DNA of 64,000 nucleotides from Longimicrobiales bacterium (GTDB lineage Bacteria; Gemmatimonadota; Gemmatimonadetes; Longimicrobiales; Gaopeijiaceae): NCBI GenBank assembly GCA_963422615.1, contig OY730414.1, positions 930,001 to 994,000 of the forward strand, read 5' to 3'. Shown piece by piece: positions 56,874 to 64,000 of this stretch (position 1 is its first letter; each line of letters starts with the position of its first letter). The notes under the pieces were generated by a model. It saw only the letters and a program-made list of their open reading frames with translations, ran no database searches and was not told where the DNA came from. The position numbers and the translations under genes were made by a program.

Positions 56874-57784
56874 TGAGGAGCGACGTTACGGATTCCAGGC
56901 CGCGGCGCTTGACAGCCGCCTCTGGAAGCACCGCCCCGGCGGTCGGGGCCCCCAGGTCGGCGAATACCGCAGACGAGGCCGGGGAGGGCCGGGTCGCCCG
57001 GCGCCCTGGGGACGCACCCGCAGAACGGCGGCCCGGAAGCGATGACGCCGCGGACCCAGCCGGGATCAGTCGGCGGACGGCCCTCAAGGTCATCGCGTCG
57101 GCGACGGCGTTGGGCGCTGCGCCGGCGGCGTGCGATCCCGGCGATCCTGCCGCTCCCGCCTCCGGTCAAGCGCCGTCCCGCTCTGCCGACTCTGCCGATA
57201 GGTCAAGGGGAAACCCTCTTGCCGCGGGGTCCCCATCCGATCCCGATCTGCTGGCGCCCGTGGTCCCCTGGGAACGGGTCCTGACCGACCAGGAGCTGCG
57301 CCTGGTGGCGGCCCTCGCCGACGTCATCATTCCGGCCGACGAGCGATCCCCTTCGGCAAGCGCGGTGGGCGTCCCCGCGTACATCGACGAATATGTCTCG
57401 GCACCCCGTCACGAAGCGGAGCTCACCCTGTTGAGGGGCGGGCTCGCGTGGCTGAACCGGGCGGCGCGGGAGCGGTTCGGTGCGGTCGACTTTCCGGCCT
57501 TGACCGAGACCCGGAAACACGAGATCTGCGACCCGATCTGCTACGAGCCCCAAGCTCCCGCTCACCTCAAGGCGCAGGCCCGCTTCTTTGACCTCTTCCG
57601 GGACATGACCGCCACGGGGTTCTGGACCACCGAAGCGGGCATGCGGGATCTGGGGTACGTGGGCAACGTTCCGCTCCCGAGCTTTGAGGGACCACCCCCG
57701 GAGGTACTGGAACGGCTGGGGCTTTCCGAGGAGGACCTGGCGACGACTTCCTCCGCGGCGACTACACCCAGCCCTTCCGCCTGA
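56870..57784 (+). CDS. Gluconate 2-dehydrogenase subunit 3 family protein
   Basis: Tat-like SRRTALK, LADVIIP and GFWTTEAG..DLGYVGN; overlaps the GMC stop. Confidence 0.88.
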   Translation: MMRSDVTDSRPRRLTAASGSTAPAVGAPRSANTADEAGEGRVARRPGDAPAERRPGSDDAADPAGISRRTALKVIASATALGAAPAACDPGDPAAPASGQAPSRSADSADRSRGNPLAAGSPSDPDLLAPVVPWERVLTDQELRLVAALADVIIPADERSPSASAVGVPAYIDEYVSAPRHEAELTLLRGGLAWLNRAARERFGAVDFPALTETRKHEICDPICYEPQAPAHLKAQARFFDLFRDMTATGFWTTEAGMRDLGYVGNVPLPSFEGPPPEVLERLGLSEEDLATTSSAATTPSPSA

Positions 57785-58904
57785 AGTCCCGCAGGGTATC
57801 GCAGAAGCGGCCCATGTCGTCGGGCAACCCGAAGGACAGCCGGTTCCAGTCCAGCATGGGCGGGAAGTCTCGTCCCACCAGGAACCCGACTTCGGCCATG
57901 CGGCTTCGATAGGTGGCAAGGTCACCGCTGATCCGATGCATCAGAAAGTTCGCATGGGTCGGCAGGCGCTCCAGCCCGAGCTCGTCCAGGGTGACCTCGA
58001 CCATCTCCCTGGCCGTTCGGTTGGTCGCCCGGCTCTTCTTCATCAGGCTCTCGTCTCGGAAAGACGCGCCCGCCGCTGCGATGGCGAGCTGGTTCGCGTT
58101 GTTCCTGGAGGCGAAGTCGGTGAGACGGGCCGCCGTGTCGGGATGGGCGATCCCGTAGCCCAGACGGAGACCGGCAAGTCCGTAGATCTTGGAGAAGGTC
58201 TTGACGACAAGGACGTTCCGCTTCTTGGCGATCCAGGGAAGCGAGCTCCACATCCGCTCGTCTTCCACGTACTCGATGTACGCTTCGTCGGAGAGGAAGA
58301 ACACGTGCTCCGGCGCCTCGGCGATCCAAGCGTCGATCTCGGCGCTGGGGGTAATCGTCGCCGTCGGGTTGTTGGGATTGCACAGGTACACGAGGGCGGG
58401 CCGGCCCGAGCCTTCGGCCGCTTTCCGCATCCCGTCCAGGTCGTGCTCATACGTGCCGGTTAGCGGAACCTTCACCAGTTCGAAGGACTCGGTCCGCTGG
58501 TAGTTGGTGACGGCTTCGTACGTGGGATCGGCCATGACCAGCTTGGCCCGGGGCGCCGCGAACGCCTGCACCGCCATCTGCAACACCTCCGCCGACCCCG
58601 TTCCGATGACGACCTGGTTTTCGGCGACGTCATGGGCGGCGGCCAGCTTGGCCACGAGCTTTCCCTGCTGCTCGGACGGGTAGCGGTTCGACAGCCCGAT
58701 GGCCTCCACAAGGGCGTCCTTCGCCGCGGGCGAAATTCCCAGAGGGTTCTCGTTGGAGTTGAGGCGTACGCTGCCGCTGGAGGTTCTTCGCCCAGGATTT
58801 GCCGTCAGTGCGGCCAAGGGGCTCATCACGGAGCCGCCAAGGACACCGGTTCCAGCCACGAAACCCGAAAGTGTTCCTGCCCGAATGAAGTCTCGACGCT
58901 GCAT
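57762..58904 (-). CDS. HisC-like PLP aminotransferase (class I/II) with Tat signal
   Basis: QRRDFI; LNSNENPLG, CNPNNPT, DEAY and TFSKIYGLAGLRLG motifs. Confidence 0.92.
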   Translation of the reverse strand: MQRRDFIRAGTLSGFVAGTGVLGGSVMSPLAALTANPGRRTSSGSVRLNSNENPLGISPAAKDALVEAIGLSNRYPSEQQGKLVAKLAAAHDVAENQVVIGTGSAEVLQMAVQAFAAPRAKLVMADPTYEAVTNYQRTESFELVKVPLTGTYEHDLDGMRKAAEGSGRPALVYLCNPNNPTATITPSAEIDAWIAEAPEHVFFLSDEAYIEYVEDERMWSSLPWIAKKRNVLVVKTFSKIYGLAGLRLGYGIAHPDTAARLTDFASRNNANQLAIAAAGASFRDESLMKKSRATNRTAREMVEVTLDELGLERLPTHANFLMHRISGDLATYRSRMAEVGFLVGRDFPPMLDWNRLSFGLPDDMGRFCDTLRDFRRKGWV

Positions 58905-59078
58905 CTCCAGCCTTACCTTTGTTCTAGTTCGTTGAGGGGGTCACCGATCGCCCTGATTACATTGTCCTGATTATGGGGTGCAGGGACGCCATCCGCCAGT
59001 CGGATCTTCTGGCCGCCGATTCCGGCTCCGGGGCATGCCGCCGATTGGGGGTTCGCCGGACGGACGCCGGAACGGCCC

Positions 59079-60812
59079 TCACCCCCCATCCCTCGCCCCC
59101 GGCACATCGTCCCGGTTTCCGGTCATTTCCCACCGGACAAGAGAGACCGGGATGATGCCCGTCGCGAAGAATTCGTCAAAGAAGCGCTTGATCGTGAAGG
59201 CATCCCCTTCTTGGAGGGCCCACTCGGCCATCAGCTCCTCAATCTGTATCTTGCCCGTCAGATAACTTGTGCCGTATCCGGGCTGTTGCAGGTACAGGTG
59301 CTGTTCATTCCTTACCAGGGCGGCATCGGGGAGCCACCCGCGGGGCGTCCACTCCGTGGAATGGGCGACCGCTTCCTCCATGTCGAAGACGTTGCCGTGG
59401 AGGTAGAGGCCGCTCAGGGCCCGGGCGGCCCGCTGGGCGAGCATGATCCACACCAGCTCCCGGGACCTGGGCTTTCCGGCGAAGAGCCCGGCGTGCATCA
59501 TCATCTCCTCCATCCCCGTGGCCAGCCCTTCGGAACGAGCGTCCCAGATGTTGAACAGGGACGGAACGCTGCGCACGGGACTCCGGTGAGGTTCCCGGAC
59601 CATCGCCGCCAGTTCGATCCAGTGGTGAAGGTGAGTCCTCATCACCACGGGATCCCGGTAGTTGACTTCGCTGAAGAAGTTCCGGATTTCGCTGGGTCCC
59701 GCCGGGACGAAGACCCCGTTCTTGGCCCGAAGTGCCGGATCCATCCAGTCTCTGACGGTCTGGATTTCTCCTTCTTCCAGGAACCGCATGTACTCCGATA
59801 CGGCGGCGTTCAAGAGGCGGTCGTATTCCTCCGGGCCCCGAATTCGCTCCAGTTCGGGGAGCGCCCGGTTGCGGTGTTCCTCCAGCCGTAGGGAGGCATG
59901 GGCCCGGGCCAGCTCTCGGCGCATGAGGGTGACCTGTTCCTCCCAGGAATAGGGCACCAGGTGGACATTGTGCATGTACCAGGTGTAGTTCTCCCGCCCA
60001 ACCCCGGATGGACCGGACTTGGTCTCCTCCTGGTCTTCGATCCAGCCGCCAAAGGCGACGGTCGCCCGCCCGCCCGCCGCGATGGCGGAATCCAGGGCTT
60101 CATTTGTGCCTGCCACGCGTCCCGCCAGGGCGTCGAGGTCGGCGGCTTGCCGGCGGAAAGATCGAATCCCCGCCGACCAGAGGTCTCGGGCGTTCCCCGT
60201 TAGGTTGGCGCGGGCTTGTTCCAGCCGCGACGGGATGGTTCCGATTCGGATGGCCAGCTCCTCTGCGTCGGCTTGGGACAGGGGATAGTCGTACAGCCAC
60301 AGGTCGATCCAGCCGTTGTTCACGGGACCTTCGTGCGCCGGAACGTCGCTCTGGGCAGGAAAGAGGGTGACGTAAAACGCGGGGTTCCGTGCCCACGGCC
60401 GCCGAACTCGGTGGTCGAAGTCCAGTCCGTCCATCTCGGCCCGAATCAAGTGCCAGTCGATCTGCTGCCGAACGGGCCACCCCTCCGGATCCAGGGCGTC
60501 CAGGCGGGCCCGCCAAGCGGGAAGCTCGGAATACTGAGCGGCCATGGCGTCCTGGGAGTAGTCGGGTATTCCGTTCAGCACGACCGGAGCTTCAAAGTCC
60601 CGCCAGTCCTTGAAGAGGGCCACCAAGTCCTCGTAGTCGCCTCCGCCCTCCGGGGAGGGCGCTTCCACGGGCCCACAGCTTCCCGCCGCCAGCCCGGCCG
60701 CGACCACCGCGCTCCGAATCCACCCCGATCCGGGAATCCCGCGTCGAAGGCCCGTCCAGGCTGGGTGTCGATGCCGAAGGCTCCCCGTCCGGGGTCTCCG
60801 CCCCGCCCTCAT
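59079..60812 (-). CDS. DUF885-like secreted/lipoprotein
   Basis: SEGLAT..E, PGYGTSYLTGK and F.IKRFFD; start may lie downstream. Confidence 0.75.
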   Translation of the reverse strand: MRAGRRPRTGSLRHRHPAWTGLRRGIPGSGWIRSAVVAAGLAAGSCGPVEAPSPEGGGDYEDLVALFKDWRDFEAPVVLNGIPDYSQDAMAAQYSELPAWRARLDALDPEGWPVRQQIDWHLIRAEMDGLDFDHRVRRPWARNPAFYVTLFPAQSDVPAHEGPVNNGWIDLWLYDYPLSQADAEELAIRIGTIPSRLEQARANLTGNARDLWSAGIRSFRRQAADLDALAGRVAGTNEALDSAIAAGGRATVAFGGWIEDQEETKSGPSGVGRENYTWYMHNVHLVPYSWEEQVTLMRRELARAHASLRLEEHRNRALPELERIRGPEEYDRLLNAAVSEYMRFLEEGEIQTVRDWMDPALRAKNGVFVPAGPSEIRNFFSEVNYRDPVVMRTHLHHWIELAAMVREPHRSPVRSVPSLFNIWDARSEGLATGMEEMMMHAGLFAGKPRSRELVWIMLAQRAARALSGLYLHGNVFDMEEAVAHSTEWTPRGWLPDAALVRNEQHLYLQQPGYGTSYLTGKIQIEELMAEWALQEGDAFTIKRFFDEFFATGIIPVSLVRWEMTGNRDDVPGARDGG

Positions 60813-62884
60813 GGCTGGGACACCGGCGTGGACGGCGCTTCACCCCCGGGAGCTTCCTCCCATTCCCACGCCCGCTCCGCCACCCACCTCTCGAACCAGT
60901 CCAGCTCCACATTCGCCTTGTACAGCCGGTGACGAAGTTCGCGCCAGCCATGGCCCTGTCTGGGCGCCACGTAGAGGTGGGTCGGCACCCCATTGTGGCG
61001 GAGCCCGCGGTAGATCTCCACGGACTGGGGCATGGGGACCCGCGCGTCCTCCTCTCCCACGAGGAACAAGGTGGGCGTCTTCACCTTCCAGACCTCCCGC
61101 AACGGCGAATCCTCCCAGTACTGATCGATGTTGGCACCCTCTTCCCAAGGCGTGGTTCCGAACCACGGCGTGCGGTAGATGCGCACATCGCTCTGGCCGT
61201 ACATGGACACCCAATTCGCGGCGCCGGCCCCCGAAGCAGCGGCCTTGAAGCGGTCGGTATAGGTAATGATCTTGTTGGTCATGTGCCCACCGGCGCTCCA
61301 ACCCATCTTGCCCATACGTCTTCCGTCCACGAGTCCCAGGTCGATCAGGTAGTCCACCCCGGCCATCACGTCCTTGTGAGCCTGGTCGAAGTAGTTGCCC
61401 ACCATGTTGCGGAGGAAGTCGTCTCCGTAGCCGGTACTCCCCCTGTAGTTGGGTTTGAAGACGAAGTAGCCCAGGGACGTGAGGACGGTCTCGTAGTTGT
61501 GGGACGACGGAAAGCGGAAGCGGTCCGAAGACGCCGGCCCACCGTGGGTTTGAACGATCAGCGGATATCGTGTGCCTTCGGCATAATCAAGGGGATAGTA
61601 AAGGAGTCCTTCCACGGATACGCCGTCCTCCCCGTCCCACTGGATCGCTTCCACCCGGGGCAACCGAAAGCGGGACGCGACGTCCGCGTTTACCATGGAG
61701 ACCCGGGTCATGGGTCCTCCGTTTCCGTTCACCAACCAGACGTCGCCGGGTTCGGTGGGGCTGACTACGGTTACGGCCATGCGGTCAAGCCCGGGCTGAT
61801 AGCTACCCAAGGACACGCTGTGGTCTCCCCGGGTGATCTGGACGGGCTTCCCTGAATCGGCGTCCACCGAAAACAACTCCTGGCGCACTCCCGTGTTCGC
61901 CTGTACCAGAATCACCGAACCGTCCTTCCCCCAGACGGCTTGGCTCACCTCGTGCGGGAAGTCCGCCATGACGGGCTCGTAGCTCCCGCCTCCCTGGGCG
62001 GGCGCCAAGTAGAGTTTGTCGTTGTAGTAGAATTCGCCTTCGCTGTTGGAGTCGGCGCGGAAGAGCACCCGGCGGTTGTCCGGCGACAGCGTCGCCCCGT
62101 ACTCGGGAACGTGATTGTTCGTGATTCGCCGTGCCTCTGATCCGTCGGCCCCCATGACCCACACCTCCCCTTCGTCGTTGTCGTCGAACAGGGGGGACGG
62201 GCCCCGATCGTAGGCGATCATCGTTCCGTCCCGAGACAGGCGATACTCGTTGACGGAGAAGTCGCCTTCGGTGATCCGCTGGGAGGTTCCGTCCAAGGAC
62301 ACCTTCCAGAGATGTCTCTGCTGGTAATTTTCGTCGAAGGCGTAGACGTCGTCCCCGACCTTCTCCCGCGCCTTCTGTTCTTCCGGTTTGTCGTCGCTGG
62401 CCAGGAAGAACAGGCTGTGGCCGTCGGGTGCCCATGTGACCGCCGAGACGGCCGTCGGGTGGTTCGTCAGCTTGGCCGCTTCCCCTCCCCGCGTATTGAG
62501 AATGTAGATCTGGCTCCCCACGTCTTCCCCGCGAACGGCGGTGAAGGCGATCCGTGTCCCGTCGGGAGACCACCTGGGGTTCGATTCCCCCGATTCCCCG
62601 CTCGTGAGGCGCAGCGCGCCGCTTCCGTCAGTGCCGACCTGCCAGATGTGGCCGATGGTCTTGTTCTTCTCCCAGTCCGCATCGAAGCGAACGTACAGGA
62701 CGTGGGTCCCGTCAGGACTCAAACGGGGCGACGACACGGATGGAATGTCAATCAGATCGACGATTCCGGGAGGAGCCTGGACCCCGTCAAGCGCGGGGAC
62801 GGAGACGGTACCGAACGCTGCCAACGCGCAGAGAAAGACGATCCCGGCGGCTGCCGATCGAACGCGGCGGGGGTGGCGAATCAT
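60809..62884 (-). CDS. Secreted S9 family peptidase
   Basis: WSPDG repeats, THGGP, GWSAGG, DARVP and QGH motifs. Confidence 0.92.
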   Translation of the reverse strand: MIRHPRRVRSAAAGIVFLCALAAFGTVSVPALDGVQAPPGIVDLIDIPSVSSPRLSPDGTHVLYVRFDADWEKNKTIGHIWQVGTDGSGALRLTSGESGESNPRWSPDGTRIAFTAVRGEDVGSQIYILNTRGGEAAKLTNHPTAVSAVTWAPDGHSLFFLASDDKPEEQKAREKVGDDVYAFDENYQQRHLWKVSLDGTSQRITEGDFSVNEYRLSRDGTMIAYDRGPSPLFDDNDEGEVWVMGADGSEARRITNNHVPEYGATLSPDNRRVLFRADSNSEGEFYYNDKLYLAPAQGGGSYEPVMADFPHEVSQAVWGKDGSVILVQANTGVRQELFSVDADSGKPVQITRGDHSVSLGSYQPGLDRMAVTVVSPTEPGDVWLVNGNGGPMTRVSMVNADVASRFRLPRVEAIQWDGEDGVSVEGLLYYPLDYAEGTRYPLIVQTHGGPASSDRFRFPSSHNYETVLTSLGYFVFKPNYRGSTGYGDDFLRNMVGNYFDQAHKDVMAGVDYLIDLGLVDGRRMGKMGWSAGGHMTNKIITYTDRFKAAASGAGAANWVSMYGQSDVRIYRTPWFGTTPWEEGANIDQYWEDSPLREVWKVKTPTLFLVGEEDARVPMPQSVEIYRGLRHNGVPTHLYVAPRQGHGWRELRHRLYKANVELDWFERWVAERAWEWEEAPGGEAPSTPVSQP

Positions 62885-62964
62885 GGGGAGGACCTCGACT
62901 GGACAGAGGGGACGTTTCGGGGAAACTTTTGGTTTCCGCCGGGGCGCCGCAACCGGCGCTCTCT

Positions 62965-64000
62965 TCACGCCGTCCGCTTTTTCTTCCCGTTTTCCCACCA
63001 TCGTGACGGCGCGACGCGTCGTCCGCGTCCTCCCGCCCGGTCCAGCCAGAGGGCCATCCGACGGCCCCGCGTCCCCGCGATCCAGCGCCATACCCGGCTC
63101 CACCAATGGCGGTAATCCCGGTTGTATGGACACACCCGGACGCAGATGGAGCAGTCCGTGTTCTGGTTTGTCCAGAAGCGGAAGCACTTTTCAGCGTCGG
63201 TCGTCCACTTCCGAACGCCTCGAATGTTGGAACGATTGTGGATCCGAGTGGAGGGCTTGCCGTCGGCGATGGCTTTGGCCGGGCAAGCTCGGGTGCAGGC
63301 GCGGCAGATTTCGCACGTCTCCCGGACCCCGAAACGGACGGGACGGTCGTGGGCGAGGGGCATGTCGGTGAAGATCTTGCCCAAGCGGACCCTGGGCCCG
63401 AATTCTCGGGTGATGAGGAGACCGTGGCGGCCGTACTCCCCCAGCCCGGCCCGGATCGCGAAGGGGATGGCCAGGGCCGAATCGTTCATGGTGGCGACGG
63501 CGCGATAGCCCAAGTTGGTAATGTACTGGGCGATGGCGAGGAGTACGGTCGTGTCCCTGGAGTACGCGACCCCGGTTGCGGCCCCACTCAAGGCCGAGGG
63601 TGCCGTGCGGAGCAGTTCCCGGTCCATGGACTGGGCAATCACGATTACGTGCTTCAGGTCCCCCGAGACCTCTTGGGGCTTCTCGGTCTCGGTCTTGCGG
63701 CTGTAGGCGTCCCGGTAGACCCAGCGTTTGTCGTAAGCAGTGATCCCGACAAGGTCCGCCCCCAGGGTCTTGGCCGCATGTTTCACTTCTTTCGCCATTT
63801 TCCCGGGAGACGGGAGGGCGTCCTGGCCCTCGGGGCCATGCCGGACGACGGAGTACGGGTCCAAAAAGCCCTCTCGTCGGTCGTTCTCCTGCTTCAGCGC
63901 TGCGAAGACATCCGTGACGTGCCAGGAAGCGTTGCGCAGGGCATAGTCCCGTCGAGTGAATCCGTCCACACTGCGCCACCGCATTTTCGCCGTGCGGTAG
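62965..64000 (-). CDS. Reductive dehalogenase-family cobalamin/Fe-S protein (5' end outside window)
   Basis: GADLVGI, AGLGEYGRHGLLITREFGPRVRL, CEICRACTRACP and C-x10-CSICVRVCP; frame is open to the window edge. Confidence 0.85.
   Translation of the reverse strand, partial: YRTAKMRWRSVDGFTRRDYALRNASWHVTDVFAALKQENDRREGFLDPYSVVRHGPEGQDALPSPGKMAKEVKHAAKTLGADLVGITAYDKRWVYRDAYSRKTETEKPQEVSGDLKHVIVIAQSMDRELLRTAPSALSGAATGVAYSRDTTVLLAIAQYITNLGYRAVATMNDSALAIPFAIRAGLGEYGRHGLLITREFGPRVRLGKIFTDMPLAHDRPVRFGVRETCEICRACTRACPAKAIADGKPSTRIHNRSNIRGVRKWTTDAEKCFRFWTNQNTDCSICVRVCPYNRDYRHWWSRVWRWIAGTRGRRMALWLDRAGGRGRRVAPSRWWENGKKKRTA

Overview
GC-rich bacterial window; the gene content is compatible with a Gemmatimonadota-like, possibly marine or host-associated organism (inference only). 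1-17.2 kb is a type I-G (formerly I-U) CRISPR-Cas locus: about 100 near-identical 36-bp repeats running off the left edge, leader, cas2 and a cas4-cas1 fusion on the minus strand, and a divergent csb1(cas7)-csb2(cas5/6)-cas3-csb3(cas8g2) operon. Between the two modules lie collapsed fragments resembling csx1 and cmr1, apparently the remnant of a type III-B system. Overlapping spacer pairs imply a 5'-TTC PAM. The rest is mostly metabolic and transport genes: two divergent NTT/TLC-like MFS paralogs, acyl-CoA dehydrogenase, IDH-family enzyme, msrB, SDRs, XdhC/MocA, three S9 peptidases, thrBC, a TonB receptor, a GldAFG-like ABC system, a GMC oxidoreductase and a partial reductive dehalogenase, plus several internally deleted pseudogenes. 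The best novelty candidate is a triplicated cassette at 35.3-39.8 kb: sigma70 promoter, 61-aa secreted two-Cys peptide and ~360-aa lipoprotein, with peptide and lipoprotein variable blocks changing together. A hairpin-rich intergenic stretch at about 22.06-22.29 kb is a candidate ncRNA. All family assignments come from motif recognition by eye, not database searches.
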